Positions 12,894-25,129 of a stretch of 64,000 nt of DNA are shown here, one piece after another. The stretch comes from Heterodontus francisci. Lineage: Eukaryota. Both the position numbers and the translations under genes were made by a program. The DNA lies in the NCBI RefSeq assembly GCF_036365525.1, contig NC_090384.1, positions 71,323,715-71,387,714 on the forward strand, read 5' to 3'. Position 1 is the stretch's first letter. Each line of letters starts with the position of its first letter. Under the pieces are notes generated by a model. It was not told the DNA's origin, did no database searches, and was given only the letters and a program-made list of their open reading frames with translations.

Positions 12894-15800
12894 GGGAGAT
12901 GGTGGCATAGTGGCAATGTCATTAGACTAGTAACACAGAGCCCCAGACTAATGCTCTGGGGAAAGGTGTTCGAATCCCACCAGATGGTGGAATCTGAATT
13001 CGATTAGTAAATCTGTAATTAAATAGATAGTCTAGTGGTGATGATGAAAGCACTGTCGATTGTTGTAAACACCCATCTGGTTCACAAATGTCCTTGAGGG
13101 AAGGAAATCTGCTGTCCTTACCTGATCTGGCCTACATCTGACTCCAGACCCACAGCACTATGGTTCTTAAATGCCCTCTGAAATGGCCTAGAAAGTCACT
13201 CAGTTGTATCAAACCATTACAAAGTCTAAGAAAAGGAATGAAACCAGACAGGCCACCCAACATTGGCCCAGGCACCAGAAACGCCATTGGAAAACCCAAC
13301 CCTGTTGACCCTGCAAAGTCCTCCTTACTAACATCTGGGGACTTGTGCCAAAATTAGGAGACCTGTCCCACAGACTCGTCAAGCAACAGCCTGAAAAAGT
13401 CATACTCACAAAATCATACCTTAAAGACAATGGTCCTGACATCACCATTCCCAGGTATGTCCTGTCCTGAAGCAGGACAGACCCACCAGAGGCGGCAGCA
13501 CAGTGTGTACAGTGAGGAGGCAGTTTCCCTGAGAGTCCTCAACATTGACTCTGGACCCCATGAAGTCTCATGGCATCAGGTCAAACGTGGGCAAGGAAAC
13601 CATCCAGCTGATTATCACCTACAGCACCCACTTGGCTGCTGAATCAGTGCTTTACCATGTTGAACACCAATTGGAGGAAGCACTGAGGGCAGCAACGGTA
13701 CAAAACATACTCTGCGTGGGGGACTTCAATGCTCATCATCAAGAGTGGCTTAGTAACACCACTACTGACTGAGCTGGCTGAGTCCTAAAGGACAGAGCAG
13801 GTGGCGATGGAACCAACAATAAGGAAAAACCTACTTGACCTCGTCTTCACGAATCTACCTGTCACAGATGCATCTGCCCATGACAGTTTTGGTAGGAGTG
13901 ACCACCGCACTGTGGAAATGAAGTCCCATCTTCACACTGAGGGTACCCACCATCGTGTTGTGTGGCACTACCAGCGTGCTAAATGGGATAGATTTCAAGC
14001 AGATCTATCAACTTAAAAATGGGCATCCATGAGGCACTGTGGGCCATCAGCAGCAGCAGAATTGTATTCAACCACAATCTGTAACCTCATGGCCCGGCAT
14101 ATCCCCCACTCTACCATTACCATCAAGCCAGGGCACCAAGCCTGGTTCAATGAAGTGTGCAGGAGGGCATGCCGGGAGCAGCACCAAGCATACCTCAAAA
14201 TGAGATGTCAGCCTAGTGAAGCTACAACACAGGACTACTTGCATGCCAAACAGTGGAAGCAGCATGCAATAGACAGGGCTAAGTGATGCTACAACCAACG
14301 GATCAGGTCTAAGCTCTGCAGCCCTGCCACATCCAGTCGTGAATGGTGGTGGACAATTACACAACTGATAGGAAGAGGAGGGTTCACAAACATCCCAATC
14401 ATGAATGATGGGGGAGCCCAGCACATCAGTGTAAAAGACAAGGCTGAAGCATTTGCAACCATCTTCAGCCAGAAGTGCCGAGTAGATGATCCATCACGGC
14501 CTCCTCCTGAGGTCCCCAGCATCACAGATGCCAAACTTCAGCCAATCCGATTCACTCCACGTGATATCAAGAAATGGCTGTAGGCACTGGATACTGTAAA
14601 GGCTACGGGCTCTAACAACATTCCGGCAATAGTACTGAAAACTTGTGCTCCAGAACAAGCCGCGCCTCTATTCTAGTACAGCTACAACACTGGCATCTAC
14701 CCAGCAATGTGGAAAATTGCCCAGGTATGTTCCATCCACAAAAAGCAGGACAAATCCGACCCGGCCAATTACCGCCTTATTAGTCTTCTCTCAATCATCA
14801 GCAAAATGATGGAAGAGGTCATCGACAGTGCTATCAAGCGGCACTTGCTCAGCAATAACTTTCTCACTGACACTCAGTTTGGGTTGTTCCAGGGCCACTC
14901 ACCTCCTGACTTCATTACAGCCTTGGTCCAAACATGGACAAAAGAGCTGAACTCCAGAGGTGAGGTGGCAGTGGCTGCCCTTGACATCAAGGCAGCATTT
15001 GACTGAGTATGACATCAAGGAGCCCGAGCAAAACTGGAGTCAATGGGAATCAGGGGGAAAACTCTCCACTGGTTGAAATCATAACTGGCACAAAGGAAGA
15101 TGATTGTGGTTGTAACAGCGTCACTCATCTCAGTCCCAGGACATTACTGCAGGGGTTCCTCAGTGTCCTAGGCCCAACCATCTTCAGCTACTTCATCAAT
15201 GACCTTCCTTCAATCATAAGGTCAGAAGCGGGGTATGTTCACTGATGATTGCATAATGTTCAGCAACATTCGCGACAACTCAGATACTGAAGCAGTCCAT
15301 GAAGAAATGCAGCAAGACCTGGACAATATCCAAGCTTGGGCTGATAAGTGGCAAGTAACATTCGCACCACAAAAGTGGCAGGCAATGACCATCTCAAACG
15401 AGAGAGAATCTAACCATCTCCCCTTGACGTCCAATGGCATTACCATTGCTGAATCCTCCACTATCAACATCCTGGGGGGGTCACCATTGACCAGAAACTG
15501 AACTGGACCAGCCACATAAATGCTGTGTTTACAAGAGGAGGTCAGAGGCTGGGAATTCTGCGGTGAATAACTCACCTTCTAACTCTCCAATGCCTGTCCA
15601 CCATCTATGAGGCACAAGTCAGGAGTGTGATGTAATACTTTCCACTTGCCTGGATGGATGCAGCTCCAACAACACTCAAGAAGCTCAACACCATCCAGGA
15701 CAAAGCAGCCCCACTTGATTGGCACCTCATCCATAATCTTCCAACATTCACTCCCTTCACCACTGATGCACAGTGGCAGCAGTGTGTACCATCTACAAGA

Positions 15801-16139
15801 TTCCCTGCAGTAACTCACCAATGCTCCTTTGACAGCACCTTCCAAACCCACGACCTCTACCACCAAGAAGGTCAAGGGCAGCAGATGCATGGGTACATCT
15901 GCAAGTTCTCCTCCAAGCCACACAGCATCCTGACTTGGAACTATATCGTCGTGGCTTCACTGTTGCTGGGTCAAAAACCTGGAACTCTCTTCCTAACAGC
16001 ACTATTTGTGTACCTAGACCCCAAGGATTGCAGTGGTTCAAAAAGGCAGCTCAACACCACCTTCTCAAGGGCATTAGGGAAGGGCAATAAATGCTGACAT
16101 AGCCAGCAACATGCACATCCCCTGAACGAATTAAAAAAA
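12894..16139 (+). mobile_element. Near full-length (~3.2 kb) decayed single-ORF LINE with tRNA-like 5' head
   Basis: A box TGGCATAGTGG 12903-12913; B box GTTCGAATCC 12968-12977; APE (GDFNAHH, LLDLV, SDH) from ~13320; RT (NYRLISLLS, LDIKAAFD, FTDD); A-rich 3' end ~16135. Confidence 0.85.
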
Positions 16140-16174
16140 TAACCAATCAAGTACAGTAATTCCTTCAAATCTAC

Positions 16175-17110
16175 TTCTTACCTGGAAGAGCGGAGCGGAG
16201 TGGACCTGGGAGGAATCGGCATCAGAGAGGGAGAGGATAAATCCAGCCTGAAGCTCGAGGCCTGCAATTTCCTGGATGAGCGCAGCGGAGCAGACCTGGG
16301 AGGAATCGGCATCGGACAGGGGGAGGATAAATCCAGCCTGAGGCTCGAGGCCCGCACTTACCTGGAAGAGCGGAGTGGACCTGGGAGGAATTGGCATCGG
16401 AGAGGGGGAGGATAAATCCAGCCTGAAGCTCGAGGCCCGCACCTATCTGGAAGAGCGGAGCGGAGCGGACCTGGGAGGAATTGGCATCGGAGAGTGAGAG
16501 GATAAATCCAGCCTGAGGCTTGAGGCCCGCACTTAGCTGGAAGAGCAGAGCGGAGTGGAGTGGAGCGGAGCTGACCTGGGAGGAATCGGCATCGGAGAGG
16601 GAGAGAATAAATTCAGCCTGAGGCTCGAGGCCTGCAATTACTTGGAAGAGCGGAGCGGAGCTGACCTGGGAGGAATCGGCATCGGAGAGGGGGAGGATAA
16701 ATCCAGCCTGAGGCTCGAGGCCCGCACTTACCTGGAAGAGCGGAGTGGACCTGGGAGGAATTGGCATCGGAGAGGGGGAGGATAAATCCAGCCTGAAGCT
16801 CGAGGCCCACACCTATCTGGAAGAGCGGAGCGGACCTGGGAGGAATTGGCATCGGAGAGTGAGAGGATAAATCCAGCCTGAGGCTTGAGGCCCGCACTTA
16901 GCTGGAAGAGCAGAGTGGAGCTGACCTGGGAGGAATCGGCATCGGAGAGGGAGAGAATAAATTCAGCCTGAGGCTCGAGGCCCGCAATTACTTGGAAGAG
17001 CGGTGCGGAGCTGACCTGGGAGGAATCGGCATTGGAGAGGGAGAGGATAATTCCAGCCTTAGGCTCGAGGCCCGCACTTAGCTGGAAGAGCAGAGCGGAG
17101 CTGGGAGGAT
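16175..17110 (+). repeat. Tandem array of ~85-105 bp monomers (11 copies, last partial) forming a CR1 5'UTR
   Basis: Unit TTACCTGGAAGAGCGGAG..GACCTGGGAGGAATCGGCATCGGAGAG..GGATAAATCCAGCCTGAGGCTCGAGGCCCGCAC starts at about 16178, 16268, 16358, 16443, 16533, 16638, 16728, 16813, 16898, 16988, 17078. Confidence 0.9.
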
Positions 17111-20100
17111 AAATACAGACACAGTCCGGAGTGTTTGAAAAAAACATTAACAGTGACGTCACAGGAAAGCTGCAAGGTGTTTGGTTGGTGAGTAACTGCT
17201 GTTAGGGAATAGCTCTAAATAGCAGGCTTAGTAACTAAGGTAAGAAAGGTCTAAGGTTTATTTTCATACATAGTAAATACTGTTTTTTAGGGAGTTCTGT
17301 ACTAACGAGCACCAGGGAAGAAGGGCCCTAGAGTAATTGATATTATTTGATATTCAGCATCTTCCAAAAGGTTTAATTTAAAGGGTTGCGTCATGGCAGG
17401 AGAGCTCAAAGCCGTGGCGTGCTCCTTGTGCTCTACGTGGGAAGTCGGGAACAATTCCAGTGCCCGGGACCAGTACGTGTGCAGGAAGTGTTTCCAGCTC
17501 GAGCTCGTGGAAGCCCATGTTTTACAGTTGGAGCGGCAGCTGGGGACACTGTGGAGCATCCGCGAGGCAGATAACATTGTGAATAGCACTTACAGTGAGG
17601 TGGTCACACCGCAGGCTCAGACTCCACAGGCAGGAAGGGAATGGGTGACCACCAGGCAGAGTAAGAGGACTAGGCAAGCAGTGCAGGAATCTCCAGTGGC
17701 TATTCCCCTGCAAAACAGATATACTGCTTTGGATACTGTTGGGGGGAATGGCCTCTCAGGGGTAAGCAGCAAAAGCCCAATTCATTGCACCACAGTTGGC
17801 TCTGCTGCACAGGGGAGGAGTAACAAGTGTGGGAATGCAATAGTTATAGGGGATTCAATTGTAAGGGGAATAGATAGGCGTTTCTGTGGCCACAAACGAG
17901 ACTCCAGGATGGTATGTTGCCTCCCTGGTGCCAGGGTCAAGGATGTCTCAGAGTGGTTATAGGATATTCTGAAGGGGGAGGGTGAACAGCCAGTAGTCGT
18001 GGTACACATTGGTACAAACAACGTTGGTCAAAAAAAAAGGATGAGGTCCTAAAAGCAGAATATAGGGAGTTAGGAAGTAAGTTGAAAAGTAGGACCTCAA
18101 AAATAGTGATCTCAGGATTACTACCAGTGCCACATGCTAGTCAGAGTAGAAATAGCAAGATATGTCAGATGAATACGTGGCAGAAGAGATGGTGTGAGGG
18201 GGAGGGTCTTAGATTCCTGGGACATTAGGACCGGTTCTGGAGGAGGTGGGATGAGTTCAAACTGGACGGGTTACACCAGGGCAGGACTGGGACTAGAGTG
18301 GTTGGGGAAGGTTTAAACTAAAATGGCAGGGGGATGGGTACCTTTGCAAGGAGTCAGAGGAGGGGGGATCAAAGACAAGAACAAAAGACAGTAAGGGGAA
18401 TAAGAAAAGTGATAGGCATAGAAATCAAGGGCCAGAATCAAACAGGGCCACAGTGAAAAATAGTGGGAAGGGGACGAGTAATGTTAAAAAGACAAGCCTT
18501 AAGGCTTTGTGCCTTAACGCACGGAGCATTCGCAATAAAGTGGATGAATTAATCACGCAAATAGATGTAAACGGGTATGATATAGTCGGGATTACAGAGA
18601 CATGGCTGCAGGATGACCAGGGATGGGAAATGAACATCCAGGGGTATTCAGTATTTAGGAAGGACAGACAAAAAGTAAAAGGCAGTGGAGTGGCATTGCT
18701 GGTTAAAGAGGAAATTAACACAATAGTGAGGAAGGATATTAGCTCTGACGATGTGGAATCTGTATGGGTTTAGCTGAGAAACACTAAAGGGCAAAAAACG
18801 TTAGTGGGGGTTGTATATAGACCCCCAAACTGTAGTGGTGATGTTGGGAATGGCATTAAACAGGAAATTAGAGATGCATGCGATAAAGGAACATCTGTAA
18901 TTATAGGTGACCGTAATCTGCATATAGATTGGGCAAATCAAATTAGTCACAATACCGTAGAGGAGGAATTCACGGAGGGTATATCGGATGGTTTTCTGGA
19001 CCAATATGTTGAGGAACCAACTAGAGAACAGGCCATCCTAGACTGGGTATTGTGTAATGAGAGAGGAATAATTGAAAATCTAGTGGTGTGAGACCCCTTG
19101 GGGATGAGCGACCATAATATGATAGAATTCTTCATCAAGCTGGAGAGTGATGTAGTTGATTCTGAGACGAGGGTTCTGTATCTTAATAAAGGAAACTACG
19201 AAGATATGAGGTGCGGGTTGGCTATGATGGATTGGAAAACGTTACTTAAAGGATTGGGAGCAGTTTAGAATTTAGCAAAGGAGCACCAAGGGATTGATTA
19301 AGGGGAAAATAGAGTATGAGAGTAAGCTTGCGGGAAACATAAAAACTGACTGCAAAAGTTTCTATAGGTATGCGAAGAGAAAAAGATTGGTGAAGACAAA
19401 TGTAGGTCCCTTACAGTCAGAAACAGGGGAATTTATTATGCGGAACAAAGAAATGGCTGACCAACTAAATGCATACTTTGGTTCTGTCTTCACGAAGGAG
19501 GATACAAATATCATACCAGAAATGTTGGGGAACACGGGGTTTAGCGAGAGGGAGGAACTGAAGGAAATCAGTATTAGTAGAGAAATGGTGTTGGGGAAAT
19601 TGATGGGATGGAAGGCTGATAAATCCCCAGGGCCAGATAATCTACATCCCAGAGTGGCCCTAGAAATAGTGGATACATTGGTGGTCATCTTCCAAGATTC
19701 TATAGACTCTGGAACAGTTCCTACGGATTGAAGGGTAGCTAATGTAACCCCACTATTTAAAAAGGAGGTCGAGAGAAAACAGGGAATTATAGACCAGTCA
19801 ACCGGTAGTGGGGAAAATTCCAGAGTCCATTATAAAAGATTTTATAGCAGAGCACTTGGAGAACAGTGGTAGAATTGGACAGAGTCAGCATGGATTTACA
19901 AAAGGGAAATCATGCTTGACAAATCTACTAGAATTCTTCGAGGATGTACCGAGTAGAGTTGATAAGGGGGAGCCAGTGGATGTGGTTTATTTGGACTTTC
20001 AGAAGGCTTTCAACAAAGTCCCACATAAGAGATTAGCGTATAAAATGAAAGTGCATGGGATTGGGGGTAGTGTATTGCGATGGATATAAAATTAGTTGGC

Positions 20101-21190
20101 AGACGGGAAACAAAGAGTAGGTATAAACGGGTCTTTTTCCAAATGGCAGGCAGTGACTATTGGGGTACCGCAGGGATCGGTGCTAGGACCCCAGCTATTC
20201 ACAATATATATTAATGATTTACATGAGGGAACTAAATGTAATGGCTCCAAACTTGCAGATGACACAAAACTGGGGTGGGAGGGTGAGTTGTGAGGAGGAT
20301 GCAGAGAGGCTTCTGGGTGATTTGGACAAGTTAAGTGAGTGGGCTAATGCATGACAGATGCAGTATAATGTGGATAAATGTGAGGTTATCCACTTTGGTA
20401 GCAAAAACAGGAAGGCAGATTATTATCTGAACGGCTATAAACTGAGCGAGGGGAATATGCAATGAGACCTGGGTGTTCTCGTACACCAGTCGCTGAAGGT
20501 AAGCATGCAAGTCCAACAGGCGGTAAAAAAGGCAAATGGTGTGTTGGCCTTCATAGCAAGAGGATTCGAGTACAGGAGCAGGGATGTCTTGCTGCAATTA
20601 TACAGGGCCTTGGTGAGGCCACACCTGGAATATTGTGTGCAGTTTTGGTCTCCTTATCTGAGGAAGGATGTTCTTGCTATAGAGAGAGTGCAGCGAAGGT
20701 TTACCAGACTGATTCCTGGGATGGCGGGACTGACCTATGAGGAGAGATTGAGTCGGTTAGGATTATATTTGCTGGAGTTCAGAAGAGTGAGGGGGGGATC
20801 TCATAGAAACCTATAAAATTCTAACAGCACTTGACAGGGTAGATGCAGGAAGGATGTTCCCGATGGTGGGGGAATCCAGAACCAGGGGTCATAGTCTAAG
20901 GATACGGGGTAAATCTTTCAGGACTGAGGTGAGGAGAAATTACTTCACCCAGAAAGTGGTGAGCCTGTGGAATTCGCTACCACAGAAAGCAGTTGAGGCC
21001 AAAGGATTGTATGTTTTCAAGAAGGAGTTAGATATAGCTCTTGGGGTGAAAGGGATCAAAGGATATGGGGAGAAAGCGGGAACAGGTTACTGAGTTGGAT
21101 GATCAGCCATGATCATAATGAATGGCAGAGCAGGCTCAAAGGGCCGAATGGCCTACGCCTGCTTCTATTTTCTATGTTTCTAAGTTTCTT
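16175..21190 (+). mobile_element. Full-length CR1 LINE (5'UTR array, ORF1, ORF2, microsatellite tail), inactivated by stops/frameshifts
   Basis: ORF1 from 17393 (CSLCSTW..CRKC, IGDSIVR); APE from ~18453 (LNARSIRNK, ITETW); RT ([18 protein letters not shown]); tail TTCTATGTTTCTAAGTTTCT ~21170-21190. Confidence 0.93.
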
Positions 21191-21267
21191 CTATCAAGCT
21201 TGTTGTCACCTGTTCTCTAATAACATTCCTTTGAAGAACTTTTGGATGTTCTACTACATTAAATAAA

Positions 21268-21715
21268 GACTTGCATGTATATAGCACCTTTTATGACCAC
21301 TGGATGTCTAAAAGTGCTTTACAGCCAATTAAGTACTTTTGCATTGTAATTACTGTTGTAAAAAACATGACAGCCAATTTGCACTCAACAAGTTCCCACA
21401 AACAGCAATGTGATACTGACCAGATAATCTTTTTTTATTGTGCTGTTGATCAAGGGATAAATATTGGTCAGGACACTGGTGATAATTTCTCTCTTCTTCT
21501 TCAAAGTAATACCATTGGATCTTTTATGTCCATCTGACATGGCAGACAGGGCCTCGGTTTAACATCTCAGCCAAAATACAGCAGCTCCAACAGTGCATCA
21601 CTCGCTCAGTCCGCACTGGAGTATCAGCCTTAATAACAGTGCTAAAGTTGTGGAGTGGGATCTCTCAACCTTCTGACTCAGAGGCAAGAGTGCTTCTGAC
21701 TGAGCCACAACTGAC
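21268..21715 (-). mobile_element. tRNA-derived DeuSINE-like element (SacSINE/AmnSINE type)
   Basis: Minus-strand head TGTGGCTCAGT..CTCTGAGTCAGAAGG; body with CAGCCAATTTGCAC..CCCACAAACAGCAA; L2-like tail; related fragments at ~28220-28810, ~47130-47460, ~61545-61640. Confidence 0.65.
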
Positions 21716-21888
21716 ACATATTTTCTACCATGCCTACCCACTGTTCGTTTTTAAAAATTTTTTTTAAATTGTGTGCTTGGAGTGCTTTGTGCTTTAGTCA
21801 AATCACACCCTCTCTGTACTAACACTTTCAGCATACCATTAACATACCGTTTGCCTTTGTTCCATGACCTTCTGGTCAGTTATTCTTT

Positions 21889-22096
21889 TAGTTTAGTTTA
21901 GAGATACAGCACTGAAACAGGCCCTTCGGCCCACTGAGTCTGTGCCGACCATCAACCACCCATTTATACTAATCCTACATTCCTACCACATCCCCACCTT
22001 CCCTATATTTCCCTACCACCTACCTATACTAGGGGCAATTTATAATGGCCAATTAACCTATCAACCAGCAAGTCTTTGTCATGTGGGAGGAAACTG
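21889..22096 (-). mobile_element. HE1-type V-SINE, 3' part, joined to a CR1 fragment (22097-22420)
   Basis: Tail rc of GGGCCGAAGGGCCTGTTTCAGTGCTGTATCTCTAAACTAAAC. Confidence 0.8.
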
Positions 22097-22433
22097 GTTC
22101 TCCTTTATTAGACCATCCTTGTCCAAAGTGGCTGTTAATTTTCTCATGGGTTTTGTTTCTAAAAGCTTCCCTACCACCGACATTAAACTGACCGGCCTAT
22201 AGTTGCTAGGCTTATCCTCCTCCCCTTTTTTGAAGAAAAGTATAATACTTACAATCCTCCTGTCTTTTAACACCACCCTTGTATTTAAGGAGGATTGGAA
22301 GATTATGGTCAGTACCTCTGCAATTTCTACCCTTACTTCCCTCAGCAACTTAGAATTGGGTGGCTTATCCACTTTAAGTACCTCCTCCATTTTTATCTCA
22401 TCCAGTATCCCAGCAACCTCTTTGTGTGTACAT

Positions 22434-22770
22434 GTTTAGTTTAGTTCAGAGATACAGCACTGAAACAGGCCTTTCGGCCCACCGAGTCTGTGCCGACCAT
22501 CAACCACCCATTTTATACTAATCCCATATTCCTACCACATCCCCAATTCTCCCTATATTTCCCTACCATCTACCTATACTAGGGGCAATTTATAATGGCC
22601 AATTTACCTACCAACCTGCAAGTCTTTTGGCTGTGGGAGGAAACCAGAGCACCCAGAGAAAACCCACGCAGACACAGGGAGAACTTGCAAACTTCACACA
22701 GGCAGTACCCAGAATCGAACCCGGGTTGCTGGAGCTGTGAGACTGCAGTGCTAGCCACTGTGCCGCCCCA
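22434..22770 (-). mobile_element. HE1-type V-SINE, full length
   Basis: tRNA-like head GGGGCGGCACAGTGGCTAGC..GGTTCGATTC on minus, V-core, CR1-like tail. Confidence 0.85.
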
Positions 22771-22799
22771 TGTCTACAAAGAACAGGGTCCTGTGTATT

Positions 22800-23145
22800 A
22801 ATGTATGTAACATATATATATATACACATTGCACCTTTTTCAACTGAACAAAATAACTGACAGCCATTCGCTGGTTCATTCCTCAGGGCAATGCCTTGAC
22901 CAGAGTCAAGCTGCCTGGTTTCAATTTCAAACAAAGCTTGGCAGTTAACTGTCGGGTCACCATAAACTGGTGCATTCTCCATGACAACGCCTCTTCTATC
23001 AGAGTTCACTTGCCAACCAATCAGCACTCTCTTCTCATGCAAAATAAGTTGTTGTTTTCCCTTAAGTTGGTTATTCTTGCATATTATCCTGATGAGTGCA
23101 AGATGAAAAGCTTCGACAACATATCTCTATTTTCAGCAATTCTCA
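22800..23145 (+). repeat. Penelope-like repeat fragment
   Basis: CCTGATGAGTGCAAGATGAAAAGCTTCGAC..TTTTCAGC terminal motif. Confidence 0.45.
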
Positions 23146-23149
23146 AACT

Positions 23150-23740
23150 TGGAAATATTACATTTGGTCCTCACATCCAAATCATTGATATATAGATTGT
23201 GAATAGCTGGGGCCCAAGCACTGATCCTTGCAGTACCCCGCTAGTGACAATCTGCCAGCTGAGAATGACCCATTTTTTCCTACTCTGTTTTCTGTCCATT
23301 AACAAATTCTCAATCTATGCCAGTATATTACCCTCAATCCCACATGCTCAACTTTGCTTACTCACCTCCTGTGCGGACTTTATCGAAAGCCTTCTGAAAA
23401 TCCAAATACACCACATCCACTGGCTCCCCCTTATCTATTCTGCTGGTTACATCCTCAAAAAACTCCAACAGGTTTGTCAAACATGATTTCCCTTTCATAA
23501 ATCCACTTTGACTCTGCCCAAACAAACCATTAAATTAAGTGTCCAGTTATCAAATCCTTTATAATAGATTCTAGCATATTCACTACTACTGATGTCAAGC
23601 TAACAAGTCTACAGTTACTCATTTTCTCTCTCCCTGCTTTCTTAAATAATGGAGTTACATTTGCTACCTTCCAATCTGCAGGAACCGTTCCAGAATCTAG
23701 AATTTTGGAAAATGACCATCAACGCATCCAGTATCTCTAC
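23150..23740 (-). mobile_element. CR1 RT fragment abutting the IFTAP promoter
   Basis: Reverse-complement similarity to 19700-20260 ([16 protein letters not shown] region). Confidence 0.75.
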
Positions 23741-23799
23741 ATCTCATCAGAAAAGTCTGCTGCCCCCAATTGCTCCCTCAAGGTTCTGGAACCAAGAGT

Positions 23800-23960
23800 A
23801 ATAGGGTATTCTTCCTCCGGCCCCCAATTCCAGTGGGAGGAAAGTGCCGCCTGGCCTTGTGGGAGTTGTAGTTCCGGAGCCCCGTCTGGAGGTGTGAGGC
23901 AGCGGACGACAGCTCCCACCCTGCACCGCGCCGGACGCACGGCGTTGCTAGGGGCCAGGA
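23800..23960. promoter_or_regulatory. IFTAP: Small CpG-rich promoter, probably IFTAP/NWC, with ZNF143 (SBS) motif and RFX half-sites
   Basis: GCCTTGTGGGAGTTGTAGT 23854-23872 (rc ACTACAACTCCCACAAGGC); GTTGCTAGG 23944-23952; CTAGCAAC ~24036; local CpG cluster in otherwise CpG-poor DNA; position between the RAG2 CDS and IFTAP coding exons matches the mammalian arrangement. Confidence 0.7.
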
Positions 23961-23988
23961 GGAGGAAGATGATTGTAGAGTCAGTCCA
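23885..23988 (+). other. IFTAP: Probable non-coding exon 1 of IFTAP (start approximate)
   Basis: Donor CA|GTAAGT at 23989-23994 directly after the CpG-rich promoter. Confidence 0.55.
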
Positions 23989-25129
23989 GTAAGTACAACC
24001 TGTTCAACGTACCAGCGCTGAAATGATTTTAAATTCTAGCAACGGGTCATTAACAACACGCTGCAACTTAGTTCCATCCATTTCTTGTCTAGGAATACTT
24101 GCTTTTAAACTCCCCGCCTGTAATAATACTTGCAGGAATATAGCCACCTATGGATGTCGGTGGTCGGTATGATCAGACTGCCCCAGGATCTCCTCCACAT
24201 TTCAAACACAGCCCCAATCTCTTCCCCGACATTCAGAAAGGCACCTGGTGATCGTAAAACCAAACCCTAATTAGGAGTCGTTGCCTACAGTAAAGTGGAT
24301 GGTTAAAGGATATGATGCAGCTGAGATCCCGTTATTATTTTTTCAAAAAAATTCCCATGGGTTCTAGTGAGTTCCAAGTGCCACTTTACTGTACAGAAGG
24401 AGGCCATATGCATTCTGAAAGAGTTATTCACTCAGTTTTAGTCTTCTGCTCGTCCCTGTATCTTCTTCAAATATTGATTTACTTCCGTTTTACCATTTAA
24501 TATATATTCTTCCTTTACTCTTCCTACCAATGTGTGTCACCCTATATCTCTATTAAATTTCATCTGAAATCGAACCATTTGGTTTATTAATCTTTGTCAT
24601 CCTGAAGTCATTCAGATCATTCTATTTTAATGTCTGTAAATTGATATTATGGCTCTATATAATGTATATGTGCCTGAATGCAGTATATGTAATACAGACC
24701 AATCCACACCACTGTTACATCCTCATACATTAACATGACTTTGATTTCTGCCCCAAGCTGCCACATTCCCTTTAATACCATGTGCCTTAATCTTATCCTG
24801 AAGTCTCTTATGTAATAGGTTATCAAATTCCTTTTGGGAGTCCCCATCTCTTATTTCCTCTAATGTACTCCATGATTTCCTCTATCCAGGTTAGTATTAA
24901 TTCTGTCTTTTTTTAAGGCTGTTGGAAGCCTACCCCATCTGATGTTAGACTGGGTTATCGTTTAATGTGTATTACATTAGGAATACTCCTGTCCTTTGGC
25001 AGAACCAAACATCCTTGGATGTTTGAAAGACTATTCAGAGCCTCTGCTGTTTCCTCTCTGACTTCTTTACACATTCAAGGATGCTTGCCATCAGCACCCA
25101 ACCAGTTTTCCACTTTTGAATCACAGTTT

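Noticed and set aside
12894-12985. Functional tRNA gene (also SINE heads at 33961, 36166, 50638)
   Set aside because: Degenerate A/B-box heads attached to retroelements; no clean cloverleaf
16175-17162. CRISPR-like array or repeat protein ORFs
   Set aside because: Head-to-tail monomers without unique spacers in eukaryotic DNA; ORFs are by-products of the repeat
23705-23992. 95-aa ORF over the CpG patch
   Set aside because: Starts in a CR1 fragment, no domain; explained by GC-rich promoter DNA
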